Shown here: piece after piece, positions 47,600 through 58,200 of the stretch
How the letters are laid out: the number at the start of each line of letters is the position of its first letter
How positions within the stretch are numbered: the stretch's first letter is position 1
NCBI GenBank assembly: GCA_029557905.1
Contig: JAKQHR010000070.1
Span: 5,613-69,612, forward strand
Reading direction: 5' to 3'
Source of the DNA: Verrucomicrobiota bacterium
GTDB taxonomy: Bacteria; Verrucomicrobiota; Kiritimatiellia; JAKQHR01
DNA: 64,000 nucleotides
Notes under the pieces: model-generated
Told to the model about the DNA's origin: nothing
Database searches by the model: none
What the model saw: the letters and a program-made list of their open reading frames with translations, nothing else
Program-made: the position numbers and the translations under genes

Positions 47600-49630
47600 T
47601 TATTCTTCATCTTCCTTGAGCTTCTCTGCCGCCGCAATAACTTTCTGGGCAATGTTGGCGGGAACGACATCGTAGCGAGAGAATTCCATTTCAAACGATC
47701 CGCGGCCGCCGGTCATGCTGCGAAGCTGCGGGCAGTACTGGAAAAATTCGGCCTGCGGCACCTCCGCGGTGATCACCTGCATGCCGTCTTCAGAACCCAT
47801 GCCGAGAATGCGTCCGCGCTTGTGGTTCAGATCGCCGGTGACGTCGCCCATATACTGGTCGGGCACCATGACCTTCAGTTTCATGATGGGCTCCAGCAGA
47901 ACAGGCTTTGCATTGGCCATGCCTTCGCGGAACGCGCGCTGGGCTGCGATTTTGAAGGCGATTTCGGAGGAGTCCACGTCATGGAAGGAGCCGTCATAGA
48001 CCGTAACCTTCACATTGGTCACGGGATAGCCGGCCACTGCGCCCTTGTTCATGCCCTCGACGAGGCCTTTCTCGATGGCGGGAATGAAGTTGCCGGGGAT
48101 GGCTCCACCGACGATGGCATTCACAAACCATTCTTCTTCCGAGGGGTCGCGGCGCTCGATGCGCAGATACACCTCGCCATACTGCCCGCGGCCGCCGGAC
48201 TGCTTTTTGTGCTTGTAGTGCCCCTCGCCGCGCCCCGTCACCGTTTCCTTGTAGGAAACTTTCGGGGTCTGCAGCAGGACATCCACGTTGCTGCGCTCTT
48301 TCAGGCGTTTCACGGCGGCATCCAGATGCACGTCGCCGAGGCCGGAAAGGATCAGCTCATGCGTGTCCGAAGTCCGTTCGACCTTGAGCGTCGGGTCATC
48401 TTCACAGATGCGATGAAGCCCCGAGCCCAGCTTGTCTTCATCGCCCTGTGTCTTGGCGACCACGGCGTAGGACATGACGGGATGCGGGAATACAATGACG
48501 GGCAGCTTGCGGGTGGTTCCCGGCGCGCCAAGGGTGTCGTTCAGGGCCGTGTGCTTCAGCTTGGCAATGGCCACGATGTCGCCGGCCTGCACTTCGGGCA
48601 CGGTTTCCTGCTTCTTCCCGCGTGAAAGATAGAGGGCGCCCACGCGCTCCTTTTCACCGCGAGTCACATTGAACAGCTCGCGATCGGCGCTGATGGTGCC
48701 GCCATAGACGCGCACGTAGGTGAGCTGCCCCACGAAGGGATCGTTGACCGAGCGCCACACCAGGCCTATCGCAGGAGCCCCCGCTGAAGCATCCACCACT
48801 TTGTCTTCAATGTCTTTCGCCGGACGGACGGAGGGATCCGGAAACAGGCGCCTGATGCCGTCCAGCAGCTCAACGAGTCCCACGCCTTTTTTGGCATCTG
48901 TCACAAAGACGGGAATCAGTTTGCCGGAAGCCACGGCTCCGCGCAGACCGGCTGATATCTCATCCGGCGTGAGTTCGGCGCCGCCAAGATACTTCTCAAT
49001 CAGCGCGTCATCGGTTTCCGCGGCGGCCTCCACCAGACTGCCCTTGATGGCGGAGACCTGATCGGCGATTTCCGCCGGCACAGATTTGGATGCCAGCACA
49101 TCCACGACCTGCGCGCCGCCAGAGGGAATCACAACCGGGACACAGCGGGCGCCCCAGACTTCCTGAATGGCGGCCAGGGCCCTGTCAAAATTCGCGTTTT
49201 CCTTGTCCATTCCAGTGATGACGACTCCGCGCGGGAGCTGCAGGTCCTCGCAGCGGCGCCACACGCGGGCGGTTCCGACCTGAATGCCGCTGTTGACATC
49301 CACGGCCACCAGAGCGGCGTCTGCGACCGATGTGGCCGCGACGACCTGGCCGTAGAAATCGGCATAGCCCGGGGTGTCCATGAACACCATGCGCGTAATC
49401 CGTCCTGCCGCATCCTTGTAAGATCCGTCAAAAGGCTTGGCTGAAGTCGAAATCTTGCGGGTCTTCTCCTCTTCAGTCCAGTCCGCCATGCTGGACCCGT
49501 CATCAACGGAACCCAGGCGGTCATTGATTCCCATCTTGTAGAGCAGAGCATCCACCAGGGTCGTTTTGCCGCTTCCGGTATGCCCCAGCAGCACAAAATT
49601 CCTCATATCGGCAATGGCTATGTTCTTCAT
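47600..49630 (-). CDS. fusA: Elongation factor G-like translational GTPase (EF-G paralog)
   Basis: G1 VLLGHTGSGKTTL, G3 DTPGYADF. 676 aa with EF-G domains II-V. GHTGSGKT instead of AHIDAGKT suggests an EF-G2-type paralog. Confidence 0.7.
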   Translation of the reverse strand: MKNIAIADMRNFVLLGHTGSGKTTLVDALLYKMGINDRLGSVDDGSSMADWTEEEKTRKISTSAKPFDGSYKDAAGRITRMVFMDTPGYADFYGQVVAATSVADAALVAVDVNSGIQVGTARVWRRCEDLQLPRGVVITGMDKENANFDRALAAIQEVWGARCVPVVIPSGGAQVVDVLASKSVPAEIADQVSAIKGSLVEAAAETDDALIEKYLGGAELTPDEISAGLRGAVASGKLIPVFVTDAKKGVGLVELLDGIRRLFPDPSVRPAKDIEDKVVDASAGAPAIGLVWRSVNDPFVGQLTYVRVYGGTISADRELFNVTRGEKERVGALYLSRGKKQETVPEVQAGDIVAIAKLKHTALNDTLGAPGTTRKLPVIVFPHPVMSYAVVAKTQGDEDKLGSGLHRICEDDPTLKVERTSDTHELILSGLGDVHLDAAVKRLKERSNVDVLLQTPKVSYKETVTGRGEGHYKHKKQSGGRGQYGEVYLRIERRDPSEEEWFVNAIVGGAIPGNFIPAIEKGLVEGMNKGAVAGYPVTNVKVTVYDGSFHDVDSSEIAFKIAAQRAFREGMANAKPVLLEPIMKLKVMVPDQYMGDVTGDLNHKRGRILGMGSEDGMQVITAEVPQAEFFQYCPQLRSMTGGRGSFEMEFSRYDVVPANIAQKVIAAAEKLKEDEE

Positions 49631-49796
49631 ACTCTCATCCTCGCATTCATTACAGGGATAATCCCGGTTCACAATAAACAAGTCTGATATAGATACACAA
49701 AGCTTCCCTGCGGGGCAACCGTTTTCGGCATTTTTCAGGGTTTCAGAGTGTCTGCGCTTCTCCGGGCGGAAAGGTTTTCCTCACTGCGCATTTGCG

Positions 49797-50870
49797 TTAT
49801 GAGCGCCGAATGAAGTTGCGGCTGTCACGGCGCTGCTTGAGCTTGACGCCGGCATACGCCAGCGCCCCGACTCCAAGCCCCGCCAGCAGGCCTGTCCAGA
49901 ATCCGCCGCATCCGCCGCCTGCGGGCGGAAGATCCTGCGGCTCGTTTTCCAGCTCCAGGTCATCCGCTTCTTCCGGCACAGCAGGAAGCTGGCTTGCCGC
50001 GACGGGCGCGGCAGGCGGGATCACGGGCTGCGGCGTGGAAAGGGCATTCGCGAGACCAATGGAGAGCAGTTCGCGGGCCTTTGCGTCGCGAACCTGTTTT
50101 GAGACACTGCCCAGCACCACCGCAATCACCCGCCGGCCTTCACGTTCGGCGGTGGCGGCAATGGAATAGCCCCCGGCGCGGAAATAGCCGGTCTTGAAAC
50201 CGTCGCAGCCGGGGAAAACGCCCAGCAGGTTGTTGTGGTTGCGCATAATGAAGGTGCCGTCACGGAAGTCCCTTTCACGCGCAGACGTAAAACGGAAGAT
50301 ATCGGGATGCCTGCATAGCTCCCGGCAGAGTTTGGCAAAATCGCGCGCGGTGGTGACATCCGGACTCTGGCCTTCCCCCGGCGGCAGGCCGTGAGGCGAG
50401 AAGAAACGCGTCGAATCCATGCCGAGTTCCTGCGCTTTCTGATTCATTAAATGAACAAAACCGTCCTTGGCGCCCGCGAAATGCTCGGCCAGCGCCAGCG
50501 CGGCGTCATTGGCCGACTGGATCATCAGGGCATAGAGCATGTCTTCCAGAGAGAAGACTTCATGCTCCTTCAGATACACCTGCGAACCGCCCATCCGCGA
50601 TGCCGCCGCCGAAGTCGTCACCCGGGCATCATAGCCGACCAAACCCGATTGCACGCGCTCAAGAATGATGAGCATATCCATCAGTTTGAGCATGCTGGCG
50701 GGATATCCCGTGCGGTCCGCATTGTCCTCAAAGAGAGTTTCGCCGGTGGCGGCATCAATCACAATGGCGCCGATATACGGATCACGGGCGATCACGGGAA
50801 GCGCGGCAGATGTGGTGAACACGCTCAGCCCGAAAACGGCCGCCGCGCACAGGGACAGTGATTTCTTCAT
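49797..50870 (-). CDS. dacA: D-alanyl-D-alanine carboxypeptidase (S11, PBP5/6-like)
   Basis: Signal peptide. SxxK (PASMLK), SxN (QSANDAA), KTG (FKTGYF) motifs. Confidence 0.8.
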   Translation of the reverse strand: MKKSLSLCAAAVFGLSVFTTSAALPVIARDPYIGAIVIDAATGETLFEDNADRTGYPASMLKLMDMLIILERVQSGLVGYDARVTTSAAASRMGGSQVYLKEHEVFSLEDMLYALMIQSANDAALALAEHFAGAKDGFVHLMNQKAQELGMDSTRFFSPHGLPPGEGQSPDVTTARDFAKLCRELCRHPDIFRFTSARERDFRDGTFIMRNHNNLLGVFPGCDGFKTGYFRAGGYSIAATAEREGRRVIAVVLGSVSKQVRDAKARELLSIGLANALSTPQPVIPPAAPVAASQLPAVPEEADDLELENEPQDLPPAGGGCGGFWTGLLAGLGVGALAYAGVKLKQRRDSRNFIRRS

Positions 50871-51154
50871 GCATCTCCTTGCCCGCGAGGGGGAAAATCG
50901 AAGTGATATTCAAACAGTTTGACCAGTTTGTCGCAATACGCTTCATCATCGGGGCCCTCCACATTGATGAAGACGGTGGTTCCTCTGGACAGACACAGCG
51001 CCATCAGGTCGAGAACAGAGTCCAGGGGGCTTTCGCCGTTGTCGCATTCCACAAGCACTTTGCCCGGATATGACGCCACCTCCTTGAGAATCACGGCGGC
51101 GGGCCGGCAGTGAATCCCCTGCTCATTCTGAATGACCGCCTTCTTTCTCGCCAT
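50867..51154 (-). CDS. ptsH: HPr-like phosphocarrier protein
   Basis: 95 aa. Active-site region NEQGIHCRPAAV (His15 context). Confidence 0.6.
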   Translation of the reverse strand: MARKKAVIQNEQGIHCRPAAVILKEVASYPGKVLVECDNGESPLDSVLDLMALCLSRGTTVFINVEGPDDEAYCDKLVKLFEYHFDFPPRGQGDA

Positions 51155-51159
51155 GATAC

Positions 51160-52275
51160 TTAGGCTCCCCCGGGCTGCACGAAGTCATCCGGCTTTTCCA
51201 GGCTGTAGCGGATCACCACCGGGATCTGCTCCGGCGCGATTCCGCGCCAGAAGACGCGCCAGCGCCCGGACCGTTGAAAACCGTCGGCCTGCTTTTCGTA
51301 CCAGTGGTTGATGGGATTGTCCTCCCGCGCGCGCCAGAACAGGGCGGGATGGTCCCGGGTGACGTCCTGCCACAGTTCATTGGCCAGCCCCTCCCCGCGC
51401 GCTTCCGTGCCCACGGCAAATTTGGAAAGGTAGCGGCCCGCGGGATGGGTTTCCAGCAGCGCGGCCCCGGTGTAATTTTCCTCAACGTAGATCCCGGTGA
51501 CCCGTCCGGCGAAAGTGGCCGGACTGGCCAGTTTTTTGCCAAAGCTGTTTTCCATCAGGGCGCCAAGCCGGACGGTGTCGCATTCGCTGATACTCCCGAA
51601 GCGCAGGATGCGGCTTCCCCGGCGAAAAACACAGCCCGCGCCCTTGACGGTGAAAAGCTCCTGCAGAAGCCGCCAGGGGGATGCCACGGAGATATGCACT
51701 CCGGGGCGGGCCTCCAGCAGTGTGGCCGCGAGGCGAACCAGTTCCGCATCCTCCGGGGCAATTTCGACGGGATTCTCCTTCTGGGTGTAATAGTAGAATA
51801 TCTCCCGCCCCGCAGTGTCCCGCAGAATGCCCTGAAGGCGTATCAAATGAACGCGCGAAGAGATAAACGGCACAAGGCTCAGCAGCGCGTCGGTGCGGGT
51901 TTCTTTTGGATAGCACAGAACCGGAATCCGGCCGGCGCGACGGCTGACCTCCAGCAGTTTGGTGATGTCCTCTTCACGATGGCTGATTTCGCAGAAATTG
52001 TAGCACGGCTGGCTCTCCTCGAGGATCCGCTTGAGCGCCATCCCATCCTCGCCGGCCAGCAGGATAACCGGGAGAAGTTCCAGTCGCAGGAGGAAGTCCA
52101 GGTCAAAGGTGAAAACGGACGCCACCTCTTCAAACCCCGCGCGGTCCGGGCAGAGTATGGCAAACGCCTGCGACTGCCCTGACTGGAACTTGTTGAGATA
52201 GAATTCGTATTCATCCCTCCGGCCGATGCTGTCCAGAAACAAACGCAGTGTTTTATTGAGTAAAATAGTCATCAA
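51160..52275 (-). CDS. Amino-acid N-acetyltransferase-like protein (AAK-like N-domain plus C-terminal GNAT)
   Basis: 371 aa. C-terminal GNAT-like region (VGTEARGEGLANELW). Overall N-acetylglutamate-synthase-like architecture. Weak. Confidence 0.3.
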   Translation of the reverse strand: MMTILLNKTLRLFLDSIGRRDEYEFYLNKFQSGQSQAFAILCPDRAGFEEVASVFTFDLDFLLRLELLPVILLAGEDGMALKRILEESQPCYNFCEISHREEDITKLLEVSRRAGRIPVLCYPKETRTDALLSLVPFISSRVHLIRLQGILRDTAGREIFYYYTQKENPVEIAPEDAELVRLAATLLEARPGVHISVASPWRLLQELFTVKGAGCVFRRGSRILRFGSISECDTVRLGALMENSFGKKLASPATFAGRVTGIYVEENYTGAALLETHPAGRYLSKFAVGTEARGEGLANELWQDVTRDHPALFWRAREDNPINHWYEKQADGFQRSGRWRVFWRGIAPEQIPVVIRYSLEKPDDFVQPGGA

Positions 52276-52390
52276 TAGTCCTGTTCCGGCAGAAGATTTA
52301 CACTCCGCAGCAAAAAAGTCAATTTGCCGTAAACGGAATCTTGCCCGGCAGGCATCAAGACTGTAGATTGAGGGGTGAAATCAGGAAATC

Positions 52391-52582
52391 ATGGAGATAC
52401 ATATGAAGGATCATAAACTGGTATGCGCGGGGGATCACAAGGGGCATATCTGTCTGCTGGCCAGCCAGAACAAATTTGACCAGATCATGGAAATCACAAA
52501 GAAACCCGCCTTCATCTGCTTCAACTGCGGCCGGGTGGCGGACAATGCCTGCAATTTGTGCAATCCGATGCCCTTGAAGTAA
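52391..52582 (+). CDS. Small Cys/His-rich zinc-ribbon-like protein
   Basis: 63 aa with CAGDHKGHIC and CFNC...CNLC pairs. RBS-like GAGG upstream of the alternative ATG at 52403. Confidence 0.35.
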   Translation: MEIHMKDHKLVCAGDHKGHICLLASQNKFDQIMEITKKPAFICFNCGRVADNACNLCNPMPLK

Positions 52583-52589
52583 TCTGCAT

Positions 52590-52700
52590 AAAAAAGCTGT
52601 TTTTTAGTCATTTTTAAGCGTTTTTTGTTGATTTTACGGCATTTTTTGCCTTTTTAGGCCATTTTTTCGCGTTTTTAGGCCATTTTTGGAACTTTTTAGC
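52590..52700. promoter_or_regulatory. Phased T-tract element (10 T5-6 tracts at about 10.3-bp period): predicted curved DNA immediately upstream of nadA
   Basis: gctgtttttt/agtcattttt/aagcgtttttt/gttgatttt/acggcatttttt/gcctttttag/gccatttttt/cgcgttttt/aggccattttt/ggaacttttt. Shares the GGC(C)ATTTTT decamer with 11953-12065. Confidence 0.5.
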
Positions 52701-52717
52701 AAAGAAAGGCTGTTCCA

Positions 52718-53752
52718 ATGTCTGCAGGCAGAATGTATGAAATACTGAAGGCTAAACTCGCGCGCGTGGTGCCGGATATCGAACTGCGCTACAAAGCCGA
52801 AATCGCCGAAGAAATTGTCGAACTCAAAAAGAAGCGCAATGCCGTCATCCTTGCGCACAACTACATGGAGCCGGCTCTGTTCTACAGCATCGCCGATTTC
52901 ACAGGCGATTCGCTTGATCTGAGCCGCAAGGCCGCCACCACGGACAAGGATATCATTGTTTTCTGCGGAGTCCGCTTCATGGCAGAGACCGCCAAGATTC
53001 TGAGCCCGGACAAGACCGTTCTTCTTCCGGCTGAAAAAGCGGGCTGCTCCCTGGCTGAAAGCATTACCGCCGATGATGTGCGGGAAATACGCCGCCAGTT
53101 TCCCGACGCGCCGGTGGTGACGTATGTAAACACCTATGCCGATGTGAAGGCGGAAACGGACATTTGCTGCACTTCCGGCAACGCCCGCGCCGTCATTGAA
53201 TCTTTGAACAGCAAGCGGATCATTTTCATTCCTGACCGCTACCTGGCGGCCAACACCGCGCGCACGATGGGGAAAAATATTGTATTCCCAAAGCGCACCG
53301 AGAAAGGATTCTCTTTTGACCCGATTGATTCCGGCTTTATCGGCTGGGACGGTTCCTGCGAAGTGCACGAGCGCTTTACGGTGGCGGATGTCAGCAATGC
53401 GCGCCGGCAGTTTCCCGATGTGCTGGTACTCGCCCACCCCGAATGTCCCGAATCTGTCTGCCAGGCTTCCGATTACTCGGGCGGGACGAATGGAATGATT
53501 AAATTTATCCAGAATTCCAAGGCAAACCACATTCTACTCCTGACAGAATGCTCCATGGCTGACAACGTCGCGGCGGCCAATCCGGACAAGGACTTGATCA
53601 GGATTTGCTCCATCCGCTGTCCGCACATGAATCTGATCACCCTCGAGGACACCCTTGCCGCGCTGCAGCAGAACCGTTTCGAAATCACCGTTCCGGAAGA
53701 CATCAGCCGGCGGGCCCGCAAGGCGGTCGAGCGCATGATCGCCATCGGATAG
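52718..53752 (+). CDS. nadA: Quinolinate synthase A
   Basis: VILAHNYMEPALFY ... conserved Cys (CGVRFMAETAKIL, CTSGNARAV, CSIRCPHM). 344 aa. Confidence 0.85.
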   Translation: MSAGRMYEILKAKLARVVPDIELRYKAEIAEEIVELKKKRNAVILAHNYMEPALFYSIADFTGDSLDLSRKAATTDKDIIVFCGVRFMAETAKILSPDKTVLLPAEKAGCSLAESITADDVREIRRQFPDAPVVTYVNTYADVKAETDICCTSGNARAVIESLNSKRIIFIPDRYLAANTARTMGKNIVFPKRTEKGFSFDPIDSGFIGWDGSCEVHERFTVADVSNARRQFPDVLVLAHPECPESVCQASDYSGGTNGMIKFIQNSKANHILLLTECSMADNVAAANPDKDLIRICSIRCPHMNLITLEDTLAALQQNRFEITVPEDISRRARKAVERMIAIG

Positions 53753-53761
53753 GAGTTTATT

Positions 53762-55180
53762 ATGGCAGACAATCTCAAGGTGCAGCTTGCCGTGGTCGGC
53801 GCCGGCCCGGCTGGATATCCCGCCGCGTTCCGTGCGGCGGACCTGGGCATGAGCGTTGCCCTGATTGACCAGAGATCCGCTCTCGGGGGAACCTGCCTGC
53901 ATGAAGGCTGTATTCCCTCCAAAGCCCTTCTGCATGCGGCCCTGATCAAGAATGAGGCCAAAAGCGCATCGGCATTCGGGCTTTATTTCACGGAACCCCG
54001 GCTGGACATTGATGCCCTTCGCATATGGAAAAATGGACTCGTCGGCCAGCTTTCCGGGGGGCTCGGCATGCTCTGCAAACAGCGGGCCGTGCAGTTCATT
54101 CAGGGCCGCGCGCGCTTCACTGGTCCAAATTCAATCCTTGTGGAACAGGCCGGCGAAGAGCGGTCAGTTGAATTCGACAGGGCGATCATCGCCACCGGCT
54201 CGCGGCCTCTTGAAATTCCCGGACTAAAGACGGAATCCGACCGTATTATGACGGCGCGCGGCGCGCTGGAGCTCAATCGCGTTCCGGAATCCATGCTGGT
54301 CATCGGCGGCGGATACATCGGCCTTGAACTGGGGTCCGTTTACGCCTCGCTGGGCGCGCGTGTCAGCGTGGCAGAAATGACGGATGGACTCCTTCCCGGA
54401 GCCGACCGCGACCTTGTGCGCATCCTCAGCCGCAGCCTGGAACCCCGATTTGAGGCCCTCATGCTTCAAACGCGCGTGGCAGGCCTAACTGAAGATAACG
54501 CAGGCCTGCGCGCAAAACTCATTTCTGCGCAGGGTGACACTGTTGAAAAAAGCTTCAACAGTATCCTTGTGGCCGCCGGACGAAGGCCGGCCACAGAGGA
54601 TCTCGGCCTGGAAAACACAAAGGTTAAACTGGATGACAAGGGCTTCATCATAACCGATGAACGCCGCCAAACCGGGGAGCCCTCCATTTTTGCGGCCGGA
54701 GACGCGGCCGGCCAGCCCATGCTGGCGCACAAGGCCATGCATGAGGCCCTCGCGACAGCCGAGTACATTGCGACCGGCAAGGGCGGCCCGTTTACGCCCC
54801 GCGCCATTCCTGCCGTGGTGTTCACCGATCCCGAAATTGCATGGTGCGGCCTGACCGAAGATCAGGCCCGCGCGGAGAATCAGAACATCAAAGTCGGCCG
54901 CTTCCCCTGGAGCGCCTCGGGCCGGGCCAAGACGCTTCATCGGGCTGACGGTATGACCAAAGTCATCGCGAATGCTGAAAGCGGAGCGATCCTGGGCCTT
55001 GCCATCGCGGGGCCCGGAGCAGGCGATCTTATTGCCGAGGGTGTGCTGGCCGTTGAATCAGGTGTCACCGTCGAAACGCTCAGTCGGGTCATTCACCCCC
55101 ACCCCACGTTGTCAGAAACCGTTATGGAAGCCGCGGAAGCCCTGCTGGGCCGAAGTGTTCATGCCGCCCGGCCGCGATAA
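53762..55180 (+). CDS. lpdA: Dihydrolipoyl dehydrogenase
   Basis: FAD motif VVGAGPAGY. Redox disulfide GGTCLHEGCIPSK. NAD motif VIGGGYIGLE. C-terminal HPHPTLSE. Confidence 0.9.
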   Translation: MADNLKVQLAVVGAGPAGYPAAFRAADLGMSVALIDQRSALGGTCLHEGCIPSKALLHAALIKNEAKSASAFGLYFTEPRLDIDALRIWKNGLVGQLSGGLGMLCKQRAVQFIQGRARFTGPNSILVEQAGEERSVEFDRAIIATGSRPLEIPGLKTESDRIMTARGALELNRVPESMLVIGGGYIGLELGSVYASLGARVSVAEMTDGLLPGADRDLVRILSRSLEPRFEALMLQTRVAGLTEDNAGLRAKLISAQGDTVEKSFNSILVAAGRRPATEDLGLENTKVKLDDKGFIITDERRQTGEPSIFAAGDAAGQPMLAHKAMHEALATAEYIATGKGGPFTPRAIPAVVFTDPEIAWCGLTEDQARAENQNIKVGRFPWSASGRAKTLHRADGMTKVIANAESGAILGLAIAGPGAGDLIAEGVLAVESGVTVETLSRVIHPHPTLSETVMEAAEALLGRSVHAARPR

Positions 55181-55185
55181 AGAAA

Positions 55186-55216
55186 AAGCCGGCCGCGTGA
55201 CACGGCCGGCCTTTCC
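55186..55216. terminator. Bidirectional intrinsic terminator between convergent lpdA and the 1525-aa coiled-coil gene
   Basis: AAAAAGCCGGCCGcgtgacaCGGCCGGCCTTTCC: 8-bp GC stem with an A-tract on one side and T-rich on the other. Confidence 0.6.
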
Positions 55217-55229
55217 GGAAAGAAATCCG

Positions 55230-58200
55230 CTATTCCCTGTCGGCATCCTGAAGGATGGTTTCCAGGCGTGAGTTCAACTGCATAATGCGCTGCTTGAGTT
55301 CCTCCGATGTAACCTCATCAACCCCCTGCCCGGCGCGCTCCAGCTTGCGAAGCTCGCGGCTCATTCTTACGCTTTCACGGGAGAGTTCATCCACCTGATT
55401 GCGGACTTCTCCCAGACGGGTAATGGTCTGTTCCGACTCTTCCAGCCTCTTCTGCAGCTTCTCGTTTTCCTTCTGGAGCACACCGATACGGTCCGAGGCC
55501 CGTGCGGCCTGACCGTTGAGATCCGAAATCTTCGCTTCAGACTGGCTCAGCAGAGTCTGCAGTTCAGCGGCGCGATCCGCCACCTTCTCCGCATTTTCAA
55601 GGGCATTGGATGTTTCGAGCAGCCTTGCCTGGAGGGTTCGCGCTTCAGCTCTAGCCGTCTCAGCCGCACCGGAAGCGGCCTGTTCAGACTCACGAAGCGC
55701 GGCAATCTCCGCATCACGCCGGCCCAGTTCCGACTGCAGCGATGTGTTGCTGCGGCGCAGATCATCGGCCGCCGCATTGGCTTCCGTGGCGGCGGCCTGC
55801 CACTGCGCGGCATCCCGGGTCAGTCCAGTCATCTGCTCTCTCAGACTGTCAATCCGGGCACGCAGTTCGCCGGCTTCCTCAACCTCGCGCGACAGCTCCC
55901 AAAGCTCGCTTTTCAGCTCCTTGATGCGCGCCTCCTGCTGCGCGCTGTTGTCCGCTGCGGTCTTCAGGGCATTGTTGGCCTCCGTAAGGTTCGCCACAGT
56001 GGCATTTGCGGCATCCAAAGACTCCGCGGATTCGGCCAGGCGGCTTCTCAGTTCTCCGGTCTGGGCCGTCAGCCGGTCGCGTTCCGCCGACAGGGCCGTA
56101 TTCAGCTCATTGAGCCTGGCCATGCGGTCTTCAAACGCGCTCCTGTTCTGCTGAAGAGACGCAATCTCTGCAACCGCTTCCGCATGTTTTCCGCGGGTCT
56201 CTGCCAGCTCAGTATTTGCCCTGTCCAGCGCTGCCTTGAATTTCTGCATTTCGGCGGCGAGGCTGTCTTTCTTTCCGGCGGCGGCGGCTTCCGCCTTCTC
56301 AAGCAGCGCAATCCGTGTATTGGCCGCGCGCAGCGCCTCATTGGCCTGTTTCAGAGAGGCTTCAAGCTGTCCTGCGCGAGACTCGAGATTCTTCACTGTT
56401 TCTTCAGCCCGGTCCGTCTGCGCCGCCCTGCGCTCCGCATCCAGAAGCCGGCTCTTAACCTCCTGCACCTCTTTTTTCACCGCGGCATAATCTTCCAGGG
56501 ACGCCTGCAGTTCAACCATCCGGGAAGCCAGTCCGGAGCGCTCGATGGACAGCTGGCGCACCTGCTCCTCCAGCTTCTTCACATTGTCGGCAGCAAGCTT
56601 CTCCGCCTCGATCAGAGTGGCCTTCTCCGCTTCATAAGCCGCCAGTTTCTCCCGGAGGCCTGCGCAGTCCTTCTCCAGAAGATCCTTTGATTTCGCGAGT
56701 TCATTCAGCTGATCCCGAAGCGGGAGAAGTTCCGCCTCGCGGGCAGCGGCATCGGCCAGGCTTTTTTCCAGTTTCGCTTTTTCACTGTCCATGGACATCA
56801 GCCGGGCATCCTTCTGTTTGACAACCTCCTGCACGGCCTCGATTTCCTTCGAACAGCGGCGAATTTCCTTCTCGGCATCCATCACCTGCGCAAAGAGTTC
56901 TTCTTTCTTGACCAGCAGGGCATCCCGCTCCGTCAGCAGAGAGGCCATCTCTTTTTCCCTGTCTGCCAGCCGGCGAGTCGCATCCTTTAAGGCGGATTCC
57001 AGATCCTGTTTAGTTTTCGAGAGATCCGTCTGCGCGCTCTGGAGCGCGGCAAGCTCCACGCTCAGCTTGTCCCTTTCCTGCCGGAGCGCTTCAAGCGATT
57101 TGGTCGCATTCGACGCTTCAGAACGGATCGCCAGCAGGGCCTTTGAACTTTCCGCAAGCTGCACCCCCAGACCGGCGGCATCGGCCGTCACGCGGTTTTT
57201 CTCTTCGGTCAGCCGCGTGACCGCAGCGGTCAGATTCCGGACATCGGCAGAGAGACTATCCTTTTCCTTCTGCGCCTGAACCAGATCATCCTGTGTCGCC
57301 TTAATCTGATCCCGGGCAGCCTTCAAATCCCGCTGGGATTTGCTGAAATCCGCCTGCAGTTTGCTCATGGCGGCTTCCTTTGCCTCCGACTGCTTCTTAA
57401 TTCCCGCCAGTTCGCGGGTCAGCGCATCGTTGCGGCTCTTTTCAGACTTCAGCGCATCCGCAGCAGCGGATGCTTCAGCCTGAAGCGCAGACAGAGCGGT
57501 TTCCATTTCCGCTTTGGCTCCGGCAAGCTGTGTCGCGTTCTTTTCCAGATCGGAGGAAAGACTGCGGACCTGCGCCAGATCTTTCTGGGTCTGCGTGAGT
57601 TCGGCTGCCAGTGTGTCCCTGCTCTGCTTCAGCGCATCCAGTTCGCCCGCCAGCGCATCTCTTTTGGCGGCTGTTTCGGCCTGTGCCTTCTGCAGGGCAT
57701 CCAGCGCGTTCTGCGACACCTTCAAATCTTTCGCCAGTGCCTCAGCCTTCTGGCGTGCCGGCTTGATGGCGCCCTCTGCCTCAACCAGCTTCTTCTCGGT
57801 TTTTTCAAGGGCCGAGGAAAGGCTCGATTTCTCCTTCCCGAGCGCGGCAATTTCTTTGCGCGCGGCCTTCAAATCATCCTGAGCGACGGCAAGTTCAGCC
57901 AGCCGGGCGTCCATGTCAGCCAGTTTGGCCGCAAGGGCTGTCTTTTCCTTTTCAAGTTCCGACGCGCGGGCCTCTTCGGACTTCAACCGGGATACCGTCT
58001 GCTCGAGCTCAGAGGCACGAGTTCCAGCCTCCGCGCGAGCCGCCGAAACCTGTTCCCCCAGCTGTTCGATCTGCCCTTCCAGCGAACTTTTTGAATCAGC
58101 AAGGCTCTTGACCTGCGATATGACCATATCCCGTTCGGCCGTCAGTGCGGCAACCGTATCTGCAAGCGCCTTGTTTGCATTCTCCAGTTCATTTGCGCGC

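Noticed and set aside
47561-48625. 354-aa plus-strand ORF
   Set aside because: Antisense to the EF-G gene.
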